This document shows, one piece after another, positions 37,117-51,452 of a stretch of 64,000 nt of DNA (the stretch's first letter is position 1; every line of letters starts with the position of its first letter). The translations under genes and the position numbers were made by a program. The stretch covers positions 808,001 to 872,000 of the forward strand of contig NC_045697.1 in assembly GCF_009834535.1 (NCBI RefSeq), read 5' to 3'. This DNA comes from Camelus ferus (taxonomy: Eukaryota). The notes beneath the pieces are model-generated. The model ran no database searches, was not told where the DNA came from, and was given only the letters and a program-made list of their open reading frames with translations.

Positions 37117-37885
37117 TTTGCAATGTCATTCCATACAAAAGCAATAAAAACAAAGCAGTCTGAACAAGAAGTTTACAAGTGAATATTTAGACAGAAAATC
37201 TATACACATTATCATTTACAGCAATTTTACATGGTAAATTAACTGATTGTAAAAAAAACATGCTTTCTAAATCCCTCTGCTGCCTCAGCTCTTGGAGGGT
37301 AGATGGCCTACCTAGTGCTATTTACAAGTACCAAACTAAGACTGTATAACTTACGTAAAACCCATTAACTTACCAGCTCAATTTAAAATCTGACTATTCA
37401 GTGCTCTGGATGAGGAAAAAGCCACCTTGACTTACTGACAAGCAGCCAAATATCCAGTTTCCATAAAAGTGTGAAAGGGACCCGCGGAGACCACCTGGTC
37501 AGACACCAGCAGAGAAAGCCGGCGCCGGCGTGGTCCTGTGAACGGCTGTAAACCCAAGCGGCCACCTGACAGGCAGCAACTTAACGTTCAACATACTTGT
37601 GGAAAACCAGTTAAAATATGCTTGTCACGTTAACCCAAAGATGGTAGAGATTAAAAGCAATTAAGGTCGTGGCAAGATTGCTTCAAGTTCCACTTCCCTT
37701 GGATTTAGTTCCATTTACAGTTTAAAACATGCAAAATGCACCCCCTATTCATAAAATTAATGTTTCTTAAGGATATATGGCAAGAACAACAATCCACCAT
37801 GAGACAAGAAGCTGTTAACAGAAACCAGCCAGCTAAGAACACAGGGCAGGGCTCAGCCGGTGCCTGGATGGTGCGGCCGTACCAG

Positions 37886-38002
37886 TTAGCTCATGGCGGA
37901 GAAGTCTCTCAAGGGTTCAGTTAAACACGCCTCCAAATCAAACTCATCCTCCGCCGGGCAGTCCACGTGTCTCACTTTCGTGGGTGTGCCACAGAACGTG
38001 TC
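37886..38002 (-). CDS. SLBP: SLBP exon 8 ([12 protein letters not shown]...LRDFSAMS*)
   Basis: Acceptor ttctgttttgcag|GAC; SLBP C-terminus; TAA at 37886-37888. Confidence 0.97.
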   Translation of the reverse strand, partial: DTFCGTPTKVRHVDCPAEDEFDLEACLTEPLRDFSAMS

Positions 38003-40568
38003 CTGCAAAACAGAAGCATGGTCAGGGCTCGCTCTGCAGACACGCTGGGCTTGCTGCTAGCGCTGCTGAACACAGGCTGCTTGCCCTGCGTGGAGTGGAG
38101 GCCAGCCGGCCCCCGGCGCTCCAATCTAAGACTCGGCGAGGGTCTCTGACCAGGAGCCTCACCTGGGAGTCCAAGGCGCTCAGCTACTTCAAATTCATCA
38201 ACAGCATCCAGCCTCACTTTCTCTGGTATGTAAAATCCTACCCATCAACCCCGCCCAACTAGAAACCAACTGATCCTTTGAGGCCTCTGAGCCACAGCCA
38301 CTCAACTCCAACAGGACCTGCTACGTGGACTTACCACACTGCCGAGGAAGGTCTGCCCCTCCCGAGCCCATCACCCCCAAAATGGGCCACTTCCTACACA
38401 GCACAGCCTCTGGGAACCAGGTGAGAGAACACACAGATGACCAGGAGGCACCTGTAACCACGCCACAGGGGCCCGACATCCTCTGCGCTGGCCGCTGCCC
38501 AGAGTCCAAGGCTGGGGTGAGCACGTCAGTGCCCGCCCTCTGCAAATGGCTGGACAGAACTGAGTAGTGGCTGAGGACAGGTGACAGTGCTTAGTTTAAC
38601 ACACTTCTGGATTGCTTTTTTCACTTAAGAAGTTTAACTGAAAGATCATACACTCAAATGTTATGTCAGAGTTTACAATTTTAACCAACCGAAGCCCAAT
38701 GTTTATACCAACTAAAACCAAAGTTTTAAATGAATGTTAAAAAAAAGGTTCCTATTTTTACAATGGGGAAATCTGGTTGATACCACTTGAATCATGCTGT
38801 AAACTGAACATCACTGATTAACAGGATAAACTGATACCTCCCCACCCACTGTCACAGTCTTGCCCAAAATGCTCAACCTGAATCTCATCCTTAAGGAAAC
38901 AATGTGACAACTCCCAAGTGACAAACATCCTGCTTTATGAAAACTGGCCTGAGCTCTACAAAAGAAATGTCAGAGTTAAGCAGGGAAACTATTCTAAGTT
39001 AAAGAAAACTTAAGAGAGGTGGCAATTTAACATGCAACCCTTGATTAAATTCTGGATTAAAAAAGACCTGTAAAAAGGACACTGGAACAATCAGGAGCCC
39101 AGAAGCTGACCTGTTCACTAGATGGCAGGGCTTCAGCAATGTTCCACTTCCCCAGCGCAGTCAGCACACTGGAGCGTGTCCAGTGCCAGGGGGTGAGCAC
39201 CACCCTACAGTTTGCTTTCAAGTGGTCAACGAACACACACAGCCAGCCAGCCACCTGGGTGGTGACAGCACTAAATATCTCCTTTAGCGCAGCTGCCTGC
39301 ATATCCAGCCACCTCTCCTAAGACACCCCCAGGATCTCCCACCAGGACCCCCCCCAATCTTCACGGTCTGCCCCCTCTGACACCCGCATGGTCACCTTGC
39401 CTCTCCTGGCCCCCAGCCTGCGCATCTCCCTGGACCTTCCATCACAAGTGGCACGTTCAGAATGTTCCCTGAGCTAGGACAAGGGTCACTCAATCCAAAC
39501 TAAGGACATCACCTACTGAGGCCTTCCTGGGTTTCTTTTTAGTCCTGCCTGTGTATAAATATCCACAAAACTGGGATCATCTTGTTAAATATCCTGTTTT
39601 TATTTATCTTGACAACTTTCCACATTAGTCATCAAAAACAATCTGTAGTGGCTGTATTCCTTATGAACATAACTCGGTCGTCCCTCCAACCTGGAAGTCT
39701 GTGTTACTTCTAACATCTCACGCAGTCACACGGAGTACGAGGTGTGCAGACGGCCCACAAGACTGGAAGGACGCAGACCAGGCCTCCCCGGGCGACACAG
39801 ACAGAAGGCAGGCAGGAGGGCAGCCCTGAGACTTTATTTTAGGTGCCTCTGAGCTGTGCAAATACAGTACAGGCTCATCTTACAGAAAGCATGACTTTTT
39901 CAAACACATATTTATGTTTTCTAACTTTTAATCTATTTTCCCACTTAATATGCTGGATATTTCCATATGTAAATACTGGGGCAGTTTCCTTTATAACAAA
40001 AAAGGGGCCCTTTTACTGTAAACTGCTGATGTGCACTTGGCTTGTGCACACGCAGCAGTCAAGAACGTGCCCCCAGCCGACGACTACAGAATTAGAGATG
40101 AGACAATTCTGTACACTGCTTTTCATCTTTGAAGTTCTTCCCCCGCAAAACGTAATTTTTAAAAAATTGGCAAATGTGGGGAAACTCCTAGGCCCGAAGA
40201 ATCCCTTCACTTAACCACCAGCAGACGATCCCTACACTGAGCGCACCGGCACAAACTAAAAGGCCTAAATTAACACTAGTGATAACGCCTGTGTGAGCCC
40301 CAGAGCCAAAAGAAAAGAACTTTCACTTTTAAATCAAAACAGTACTCCTGATTGGCCGGACTGAACCACAAATCTAAAATACGGCCGCTACCGATGCCTC
40401 CATCAAATCTGGTATTTCGATGAGTCAAGGAAAGGGGTAAGGCGCCCCTCTTTCATAAGCATCAGAATCAAACTTCAGCTTAAACTTCACTTTATAAAGG
40501 GGCACATGCCGTCAACAATTAACCTGAAGCACCTACACTGAGACGTAAGACAAAAAAAAGGCACTTAC

Positions 40569-40650
40569 AAAGTTATCCTGAGAGCTCGTCTGGGACTCAG
40601 AGCTGCTTTCTGCAGATTCGGTCTCCATCTCCCCGAGGTCCACAGGGTGT
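40569..40650 (-). CDS. SLBP: SLBP exon 7 (HPVDLGEMETESAESSSESQTSSQDNF)
   Basis: cacag|A...TTT|gtaagt; 82 nt, phase 2 to 0. Confidence 0.95.
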
Positions 40651-41409
40651 CTGTGATGCGAAAACAGGCACATCAGTCACCCCTTAGCAGAGCCAGGGGA
40701 CACGGCGCAGGAGGCTCTCCTGGCCTACTCACTGAAGACGAGCCCACCCCACCAGGCTGCCCCATGAGGACACTGACAGTGTCGCCTCTGCTTCCCAAGG
40801 GACCCAACAGCTCTCACTGACTCCCCGTGTGCCAGGCCTGCCCCTGCCAAGCAGCTCGCAGAGGCAGAGCTGGTGGCAGTAACTGCAGAAACAGCCACCA
40901 GGCTCAGAGCACACAGCTATCTGCCAGCCCTAACCATGGCCAGCTGTTCACACGCACCCACAAGCATCCTTGCAAGGAGAAGCATCAATTTGGGGAAGAA
41001 ATGGACACTACAGCAAACCATATTACACATCACTAATTTTTCCAATTTCCTACTCAAAAAGAGGAAGGGACAATAGTGTAACTTCAGTAAAAAGTCAGTG
41101 TGATGTCTGTGAGGCCAACTGTCATGCAAACCCATCGCTTCAAACATGCTAGTTTCTAATAAATTTCCCCCAGCATTTCAGAAACTCAAACATTTGAATG
41201 AATAAATGTGTCTCCGAGAGAGACAGAGGCTTCGGTCAGAAGGGAGCCGAGAAGAGAGGCCACACAGACCAGTCTCTCCACCTCCTGCTCAACTGGCACC
41301 CTGACAACCTGGCACAAATCCAGGCCTGACTCCTTTCCAACTAGACACAGCTTAAAAAGATAAAAGCCTTCTTTAGCTAAAAAAACAAAAACAAAAACAA
41401 AAAAACACT

Positions 41410-41535
41410 TTACTTGCTGTAATGGAAACAAATCTGAAAAAACATGTATGTATATGTATAACTGACTCACTTTGCTGTACACCTGAAACATTGTCAGTCA
41501 ACTACACGTCAATAAAAAATAAGAATTAAAAAAAG
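41410..41535 (+). mobile_element. Short LINE-1 3' terminal fragment in SLBP intron 6
   Basis: tgtaatggaaacaaatctgaaaaa...ctttgctgtacacctgaaac...caataaaaaataagaattaaaaaaa. Confidence 0.8.
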
Positions 41536-41879
41536 ACCTTTCATTTCAACAGCTCACCATAAATTACCTATATGCTTTTCAAAATTGTTATCTTAGAAAC
41601 AAACAAAAACCCACATGTCTAGGTTTACTGACATCTATTTTTCCTAGCCACAAAAAGTGAATTCAACCCAGGAGGTACATTCCCTTCCAGCCCTCAGAGC
41701 CCACCCATGTGGCTTTACACACTGGTGCACAGAAAACACACATGAAGGGGACCACTGGCTGCTCTGCTCCCTCAGGACCTCCAGGCAGATGTAATATAAT
41801 CCGCCACACAAGGGACAGAGCTACTGCAGTCACTGGACGGATCGCAGAAACAGAGGACAAGAATACAGTAAAGACATAC

Positions 41880-42029
41880 ATTTCTTGCAAATCACATCCT
41901 TCTTCAGCTGGAGGATCCCAAAAATGCAGAGCCACCTTCCAGAGTTTGATCTGCTGGTCCCACGACCGCCGACTGTACTTCTTGAACTTGTTGGGGGTCT
42001 TGGGATGAATGCCGGGCTGTCGAAGGTGT
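41880..42029 (-). CDS. SLBP: SLBP exon 6, RNA-binding domain ([40 protein letters not shown]...)
   Basis: tctcctggcag|A...AT|gtatgt; 150 nt; TPNK motif of the histone stem-loop RBD. Confidence 0.98.
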
Positions 42030-42834
42030 CTGCCAGGAGAGAAGATTACCCTAGCACGCGCCACTCACATCGGCACCTCAGCTTAAAGATTAACCAAACT
42101 GAGATTATGGCTGTTAAAAAAAAACATACATCAGGAGCCTCTGCAACCCAGCAGCCTCTGTGCAGCCCCCCTGGTGTCAGGGCTTCTGCCTGAAGCCTCT
42201 CTCTGCAGTCACCAGGCAGCTTTTTAACCATTCTGAAGCCTTCTCCCAAGCTTTGGACCAAATGCAAACAATAAAGCTTTTTGCAGGAAACAAACAAACA
42301 AAAAACTACAGATCAACTTAGAGTCTACAAAGTGAGCAAAGAAATGTATAAAAAAGCACTACCTCTGACTCTGCTACTCCTCTGCAATTCCCCAGAAAAG
42401 TGTATCTGAACCTCAACCCTGCCAAGGAGCTGACGCGCTCTCCAAAGCTCTCTGCATCCTCGAGAGTGGCAGAGCGTGCTGCTTACACAAAAGGGGCAAT
42501 GCTCCTGTTTTGCTCCAGCAAGATCTTTACAATCTGTAACTTGAACCTTTTTCCTGTCGTGTATTTTAAGCTTTACATTTGTAAGACAGCTATGAGTCCT
42601 AAGAAACAAAATACCATTTAATATTCTAAATCATGAAAATGCTCTTTCTTTCATCTGCATGTCCTTGGTTTTTTAGCCACCAATCTATTCTTTATTTATG
42701 TAAGTGCCTGAAAGTCATCAACAGTATAGTTCTTGGCAGATGTCAACTACACCCAGAATCAGATTTACCTCCCAAGCAACTCTGGGTGGCAGTGCCACTC
42801 GACCTGACCGGGACGTGCCGCTGGAAGGAGCCTA

Positions 42835-43020
<186 letters not shown>

Positions 43021-43262
43021 TCAGAAAACGCTGAAACACAGTAACGAAGTATTTGTCCCTGGATTCCAAACCATATTAACCCCAGAACAGCCCAGAATCG
43101 TTACATATATGGGAATTTCGTACACAATATATACATATTTCAAATCAGGGAAAAATAGAAAATCAACAAATGCTACTGAGACACTCGACATCTCACGTTC
43201 ACAACTTCTTTCATTAATAAATCACAGGTCTAGCAAGTCAGTAAATAATTCACAGCATTTAC

Positions 43263-43322
43263 CTTCCTGATGATGATTTTCTCTCTCTTCCAAAGTCATT
43301 TATAAGGAGTTTCCTTTTATAT
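43263..43322 (-). CDS. SLBP: SLBP exon 4 ([19 protein letters not shown])
   Basis: tgctttcag|A...AG|gtaaat; 60 nt; KRKL cyclin-docking motif. Confidence 0.97.
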
Positions 43323-44048
43323 CTGAAAGCAAAGTAAACGTTTCTGTTTTTAAAAAGGTATAAAAATTCACACAGTGCTTTCAGAGCTGAAAGACAGCCA
43401 TCCGGAACAAAGCCTCCCTTGAGGTGTGTGGTAAGTGGATGAAAGTAACAGTATATGGTCTCTTATTTTCAACCTCCTTCAATCACCTTCTCTGATGAGG
43501 AGATAAAGACTATTTGCTAAGAACACATAAAGTGCTTAAGCGTCCAGGTTCTGAAAGAAAACTACAGCGCTCCATGCCCTCCCTGGCACCGCTGGACACA
43601 AGGAGAGAGTCTCTAGGCCAAAGAAACCCCTAATGGCTTCAGTTTAAGTACCAAGACCCAAATAACATAGATGTTTACATCCCCCTAACCCTGAAGCCTT
43701 TAGGAAAAAAATGAAGGTTAGCTGAAATAAAGTTTTTATTTTTATACTACAATTACTTACTGCTGAGACATGTGCGCCTGCTGGGCACTGCTCACCTTCT
43801 CTGATCCTGCAGAGATTGAACCGCCCACCCATTCCTTGTGAATTCAAGGCATCTGCTTTCTATCATAGCAACTATCAAAACCCAGCTCTGCAAAGGTATG
43901 TCACCAAAAAAAGTGCAGCGCAATGTAACACTGAAATCATGACCCACCTCTAGCTGGAGGTTCATGCTGGTGTCTCAAAGATGTCACACAACACTCTGCT
44001 TCCTTCCAAATGTATAACTCTCCACCCCTCCCAAGTTTCCTTTGGCAT

Positions 44049-44258
44049 CCCAGTGGAGTTTGGACACCAGGATATAACTGAGATTTCCCAGTGGAGTTTG
44101 GACACCAGGCTATAACTGAGGTTTCCCAGTGGAGTTTAGACACCAGGATATAACTGAGGTTTCCCAGTGGAGTTTAGACACCAGAATACAACTGAGGTTT
44201 CCCAGTGGAGTTTAGAAACCAGAATACAAGTGAGGTTTCCCAGTGGAGTCTGGACACC
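44049..44258. repeat. Minisatellite, 38-bp unit x about 5.5, in SLBP intron 3
   Basis: Unit cccagtggagtttRgacaccagRataYaactgagRttt starts at 44049, 44087, 44125, 44163, 44201, 44239. Confidence 0.97.
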
Positions 44259-45599
44259 TTCTGTGTATCTAGAATGGCACGATCGTAGACCGCCCTCCGA
44301 GAACAGGGAAACTAGTCCCTCGGGTCATTTTTCGTAGGGCTCCACTCGTTCTGGAACCCGAGTTGAAAAGACTGCCTTCAGGTATGCCAAAACCCAGTTT
44401 CAAATTTTCAGACAGCTAGTGTGTGGTGTGTGTCAGCCTCCTTGAAGTACAGTGAGCTGAATTCTCATTCCCCCAGCCCCTTCCTGGTAGGAAGTAATGT
44501 AGACCACCATCATCAAAAGCTCACATCACCAGGGTCTTACAAAAAGTGGCAGCTTTCCACCAGAAAGGATGTGATCCACAGAGTGGTCCCCAACAGTGCT
44601 CTGGACAAGAACAGACCCATTCTGCAAAGTATGACAATTTTCAGAGACAGGCCTATGAGACAACTGAGGAACAAAGGAGGGTCAGGACAGAGAGAGGTCT
44701 CCCTGCAGAGCACAGAAGCTGCAGACAGTCCCCAGCAGGGGTGACAGTGAGGGTCCAGACACACGAGTACATTACGTGACTTGTTATAAGCCTTGTGAGC
44801 AGAGCACAGAAGCAGCAGAGACCAAGTTAGTCTAACTTTCCAGCTGGGAAAGTCGAGATCTACATGAACACAACAACGCCTTCAAAACACGGGAGCCCAC
44901 CACCGTCGACGCCCACCTCACTTCCCACCCAGTCACACCGCCGACCTGGCCCCCATCACACACTTCCATGTCTGGAAGGAATTAAGTGGCCCTGAAGCGG
45001 TCACAACCAGCCCCTGGGCGCTCCCAAAGGAGACACCTAGAACACTACTGAGCACTGCATGTGGAGGAAGGCCTGGCCCATTTCCCTCCTGACAGTGAGG
45101 ACACATCTTCTCATCAGCATTAACTTCAACTCACCCCGAGCGACAGCATTTTAACTCAAGGTTCACTCACTGGGTTGGACGGCATGTGTCCAAAGGCAGA
45201 AAAGCCTCACAACACTAGTGAGGGCACAACCCAGGGAGGCAAGCAGCTGTTAGGGAGCTGGGCTGGAAAGCGCTGCGGAAGAGGAGGTGGCTTGGCGCTG
45301 AACTTGCATACACACAACAATTCTGAGTACGATTGCAAAGGGTTTGCAGGTCCCAAGTTAGAGACCCCTCCCTGCACTCTGGCATTTCTGAGTTGTTACC
45401 TGAGCCAAGTGTCAGTCAAAAGAGTGCACTCCGTATCTGAGGAGAGCACATCCAGGCATGCTGCTGGGAAGGGAGCACCCAGTGTGGCAGGGAACACGGC
45501 AGTCCTCTGGGAGCCAGCAGTACCTACCACATCGCACCCGCTGTGATCCCAGAAGGACTGCCACTAAGACAGCGGTCCTCCACCTTCAGTGAGCGGATT

Positions 45600-45748
45600 C
45601 ATCTGAAGGGCTTAAGACATGACTGGGCCCAATCCAGTGTCTATCCAGCAGGCCTGGGGTGCAACCTGAAAATCTGCATTTCTAACAAGTTCCCAGGAGC
45701 TGCGGATATTACTGGTCTGGCGCCCACCAGGCTTCTAAGAACCACCAT
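45600..45748. mobile_element. MER5A-like hAT DNA transposon fragment
   Basis: ctggggtgcaacctgaaaatctgcatttctaacaagttcccagg resembles the recalled MER5A core. Confidence 0.7.
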
Positions 45749-45824
45749 TCAAAGACATACCTCGAATTTAACATATAATTAAAAACACCACAGGTAACAT
45801 TTCACAGTGGTCTAAAACAGATAC

Positions 45825-45929
45825 CTTGCAATTTCTTTGTTAACTCTGGTCCTCATTTCATCTTCTTCAACGGCACTTGCCCAGTCTGAACATCTAGAAC
45901 GGGGCTTAGGGCCTTCAGGAGTGGTAAAA
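45825..45929 (-). CDS. SLBP: SLBP exon 3 ([35 protein letters not shown])
   Basis: tttgttgcag|T...AG|gtatct; 105 nt; TTP phosphodegron and [12 protein letters not shown]1-binding/translation motif. Confidence 0.98.
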
Positions 45930-48476
45930 CTGCAACAAAATGAAAATACACGTTTGAACCATGACGCAACCTTCAGTTTCCTTTCCAAGTGTACATGAGG
46001 AAGTGTTCCAAGACTGTGGAGAGTGCCAAGAAAACGGGCTCCAGGGTAGCCTCTGCTTCGTAACTTACCTGCTCACTGACTCTGGTTAGTTCACTTAACG
46101 CCACTCTGGGCTCTGTTCATTAAGCAGCTTCTGCGCACTCACCACATGCCCGTGTTGGCTAAGGCATGAGGACACAGCCCACCGTGGGGAAAGGTGACAG
46201 GCAGCTGGACCACCAGCCTGAGAAGTATCCCCACCCAGCACAACTTCTTTTTCTTGCAAAACACGAGTTCTTTTCCAGGACATTAAAGAAGTTTCAGATA
46301 ATACATTCTTCGTGCTAAGCCAAGTGACCAGCACAGAAGAGGTACTGAATAAACGTGGCTACCATCTACTTCCAGGAGCACATGCACATCACATAATTAA
46401 AAGAGGAGTAAGAACATACTTCAGAGTCCTTACGGCACTGGGACTTAGTCTACTAGTAAAGGTGCCCCCAAAGTTGGGTTAATTTTAGTTTAGGAGCTCA
46501 CTTTATCTAGAGCTCAAGGAAATCTTTAGTCAGGTTCAGGCAATTTGAAAACAGGGCTCCATGCCAAGAATTCTGGCAGTCAGACCTGTCAGTATATCTG
46601 TTACTTATAGATTAGATATCAACTTGCATTTTTACTTTTCCTCGTCAATTGTCTATTACCCACCACTGGTGTATCCAAAGCAGAAACTAACTTCAGCTGC
46701 AACAATAAACAACCTAATACTTCCAGTTGAAAACCCAATGGCATATTTGAAAATGCAACAGCAATAACAAACAATCCCTTTACGTAATGATCTTTTCTTC
46801 CCATATAGTTACCCCACCCAGAGAAACTCAATTTGGATTTCTAAAATAAATTTCCACAGTCTAAATACGGTTAGCAGGGTCTGAAATCAAATGAATGAAC
46901 CAAACGGTAAAATGACTCAATGACTGTGTCATAGATATAGCGAGAACCAAGTGGAGGCTCGTCCAGAGTTCGACATCAACTACCTCAGGAGTGTATGAAG
47001 ACATCCAGGTCCAGGTTCCAGCCACGAGATTCGTGAACTTTTAAAAAGTGCTTACAAATGACCTTCCTCTATATCTCATGTTTTAGTAGTATGACAGAAA
47101 CTACCTTAGTGGAACTAAAATCCATTTTTTAAGTTAGGCAAATCATACTCACCAACTCACCCCATCCTAGGACAAGAGTGATGATGGGAAAAGTGCTCAA
47201 ATGGAAAACAAAGCCTCGACACATCCTGCTAACTTCCCTCCAAAGGGATCACCTCTGCCCCTGTGGAGACACAGCTGGCTCTTCCCACTCATCACCACAG
47301 GGGACCGAGGGGATAAGACACAATGCAGTGCAGAGGGCTAGGACGGGAACACTCCTGCCCAGTCAAGATAAGGAGGCCGCATGGCTGACTTGAGCCCGAA
47401 GAGTACCCGAGGGATACAAAGGAGTTTTCAAGTAACGTGAGGATTTAATGTTGCATCGCCAGCTAGAAGAGAAACCACCACAGGAGTCAGAGCTTGATCC
47501 AAAGGTAACATTGGATAACCTGCCCTTCACTTCCAGGCTCCTGGGGTCTCTCCCACACTCGCATCTTTTCCCCAGGTAATCTCTGTCCCACGTCTTTAAG
47601 TCGTCACATGTGATGATGACTCAAGTCTGCGCCTCCACGTCCAGGCTGAGGACCCACCACCTTCTCAGCACCTTCTCTTAATCACCTAAGCTTCCTAAGC
47701 AGAACCACTGACTCCTTCCCCAAGAGGTCGGCTCCACTCCCACCCTCTTCATCTTGGCAAATGGTTCCAGAAGCAACAAAGGTCTTCAGGCCTAAAAACC
47801 AGTCACCCTTAACCTTTCTCTGCACCTGCCCTACCCCGTCAGCAGGTACTGAGTCCGGCCTTCCGAAGTCTACCCTGAACCACATATTTCTCACCACCTC
47901 CACTGTGCCATCTCTCGTGCCCCCTTTCACGCCAACTTAGCAGGCGCCCCTCCCCGTTGAGTTCCTCTAGTCAGTCCTTCAACAGGCTGGATGCGCCCCC
48001 CAGGGCCCAGGCAGGTGGATTCTTCAAGGAACCACCTCCCATTTCATCCCAGCCATCACACAAAGGTTCCTCAACAGAGCCCTTCCCTGAGCACCCGCGG
48101 GGCTGCCCAACACCCTGGCCTTCACCACCGGCTGGCCTGCTCATTTTCTGCAGCCCCTCCTCGTCCCCTGAAACACCCCGCCTGACCTGCCTACCCCCGC
48201 GTCAAGGGACCAGCGCAACCAAAAAGGAACCTCGTCTGGCACGCCGTCCTGACCTCCCCAGCACGCTGCCCAGCCTGGAGAGCGCTCGCCCGAGACACGG
48301 AGAACCACCAGTGCGGCCAGAGGCTCGTCAGAGGGCAGGCCCCCCAGGAGCAGCCGGGCGGAAGGAGGGTCCTGCGGCTTCGGGCTCGGTGCGCAACCTG
48401 CGCCCACCGCTTGTGACTCCGGGCTGACGCCTAACTTTCCTGAGGGGATTCTTCCAAGGGCCAATCTGACTGGCTA

Positions 48477-49046
<570 letters not shown>

Positions 49047-50222
49047 CTAGGCCCGGGCGGGAGCCGCGAGATCGCGGCCCCGCACGCTGCCGTCCGGCAG
49101 GCGGAGGGGAGCCGCCGGGTTGACCGAGGCGAGGTTCCAGAAAAAGCTTGGCCCCTCCGGCATGGACGCGGCCGGGCCGCCGCAACCCTCGGACGCTGAT
49201 TGGCCACGCCTTCGCGGGCGGGGGTGGGTAATGGCGGGAGATTCGGGTGAGGGCGAGGCGGGCGCGCCCGGGAGCAAGCGACGCGTCTCCAACTGGCCCG
49301 TCCCGGCTTGGGGTGGTCTCCGATTGGTCGGTTCGGCAAGGGCGGCCTCTGATTGGCCGGCCCAGGGAGGGGCAGTGTCGGCGCTGGCGGGAACCGGAAA
49401 CCCAGAAAGGGTGGCCGCAGGGCGGAGTCGGGCTGCAGTCTTCAGCCACCGAAGTCTGCACAGGAACTCGCTGCCGGCGTCTGATGCCCGGCCCCGCGAT
49501 CCCCCGTCACTTCTCAGCCCTGAGCACGGCTCACTTCTGCCGCTTTCAGCGCCACCTCCCGCGCTAACTCCCTGCCTCCGCCGGCCCTCCGGGACCCCCA
49601 CCCGGTACCCAACCCGGCGGGGCCTCGGCCCAGCCTCCTTGCGTTAAGTGCTGATGCTGTGTGCCAAACACAACAACAAAACCAAGGTAAAGGGAACGGC
49701 CCAAGTCAAAGAAAGAAAAGTCAAAGACATTTGGGATGTAGAAAATTCTAGTCCACCTGTGTTTTTTTTCATGGGTTGCACGTAGTGCTTTCTAAATACA
49801 TTCGCGGTCTAGCCGCGATATAAGGGAGCAGGAAGCACGTGCTGTCGAGGAGCTCCCCAACGCAAGCTGCCGTCCTGAGCCACCAGGCACCCCACCAAAC
49901 ACAGCAGAGAGCACAGGGATCCTCAGCCAGCAGGGCCCACCACCTTGGGCCACCGGGTCCCCCCACATGGGCCCTTGCATGCTGACCCCCCCAACCCCCC
50001 AGGACCCTTCAACAAAGGTGCCCAGGACTTGGGCTTTTTGAGACCCTTGCCCCCCAGCTAGGAAATCAGAGGGGAAGACTCCTACAGTCGACCTCCTTTT
50101 TCGTCTTATTCTGAACAAAATGTGCACATCAAAGCTGCCACTTCTAGGAGGGCCTTCCCCCAACTGTTACCAAAGAAAAAGCATTGCAATTAAGAAAATA
50201 CATATAATGGTCATACTAACAT

Positions 50223-50228
50223 TTTATT
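50223..50228 (-). terminator. TMEM129: TMEM129 polyadenylation signal AATAAA
   Basis: tttatt on + about 1.2 kb after the stop, in an AT-rich patch followed on - by T-rich sequence. Confidence 0.75.
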
Positions 50229-51452
50229 AAATAGCGTATCACTTCCCTACAATAGATTTACCTTTATAAAACTAAGTAACTTCCTTCTGTAGAAAAAACT
50301 CCAGGCCTGGCTCTCCCTTGCCAGGGTTTGAAACTCCGGGCTGAGGCTGGGCATGGCTCCTGGCTGCCCCTCTGACGGCCTCCATCTGTGAGCGCCCCTG
50401 AGGACCACAAAGCTGGGCCATCTCGCTCCCAAATCCCAGGGTTTTTTTAGGGGGCTCAGAGCTGCTCCAATAGCCACATCTGTGAGAGCTGTACTTTGGC
50501 GCCTGGCAGTTCCCTCCCTGCTCCCCACCTGCACCACTGGGAAGTGGGAAGGCAGCTGTCACTGCCTTGACCACTGGGCACATCCCCTTCTGAAACAGGT
50601 GGACCCTGCAGGGCTATGGCCAGCCTTGTGCTGAGTCCCAGTAGGCTTGTCCGGATAGAGAATGCTGCTGTGGTGCTTGGTCTTCAATTCAATGTTTTCC
50701 CTACCAGAAGCCTGAGACTTGGCCTGTTCCCCGGACTTGCAGCAGCAACAGAAGGCACGTGGGTGGGTACATGCCCCTTCAAGGGGTAGGCAACCCCCAT
50801 AAGCACACAACTAAGGGAATGGCAGCTGTAAGCAGCGAGCCCCTCACCCGGCCCCTGATAGGAAGCCCAGGGTATCCCTGGAAAGGGAGCAGGTAGGGGC
50901 CACCCACCTAGGAGCAGGCCCTTGGCTGGTTGCAACCACCAGGAGACCCTGGAACAGAACCCCAGGTTTCCCCCTCCATCAGCAGGCTCTGTGCCAGGTC
51001 CTCCATGGGGAGTAGAGGGTGCCAAAACAACAGGGCCACAGCCAGCTTGGGGACAGGAGCAGAATAGACTGAAGTAAAATCTGCTGGAAAAATTTGGGTC
51101 TGTCATGTCACCAAAGAGCAGTTAAAATTTATGTGCCCCATAAGTTTAAGGCAAGTGGCTCAGGTTAGGGCCATCTGGGGCAGACCACAGGGTCTCCCAA
51201 AACCCAGCTAGGGGCCCCAGAAGGCTCTGGAGATGGAGCCGATAGCATGTCCTGTGTCCAGCACCTTCCCCTACCCAGAGGAACGGAGAGGAGGCAGAGG
51301 CAGTGAAGACCAGTCCCACCGCCGCAGACAGAACTTCAGCAGGAAACTTCTTTTTAAAACAAAAGCCCTGGTCCCTCTGCAGCTTCGGGGAACAGGTGAG
51401 ATGCTACGCTGGGAAAAGAGAGCCTGTGGTATCCCCAGAAGGGCCGACAGGC

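Noticed and set aside
44049..44258. 38-bp repeats as a CRISPR array
   Set aside because: Head-to-tail units with no unique spacers, in a eukaryotic intron, with no cas genes.
46069..46217. Possible poison exon in SLBP intron 2 (perfect donor CAG|gtaagt at 46069)
   Set aside because: The matching acceptor has a weak pyrimidine tract; there is no support without RNA data.
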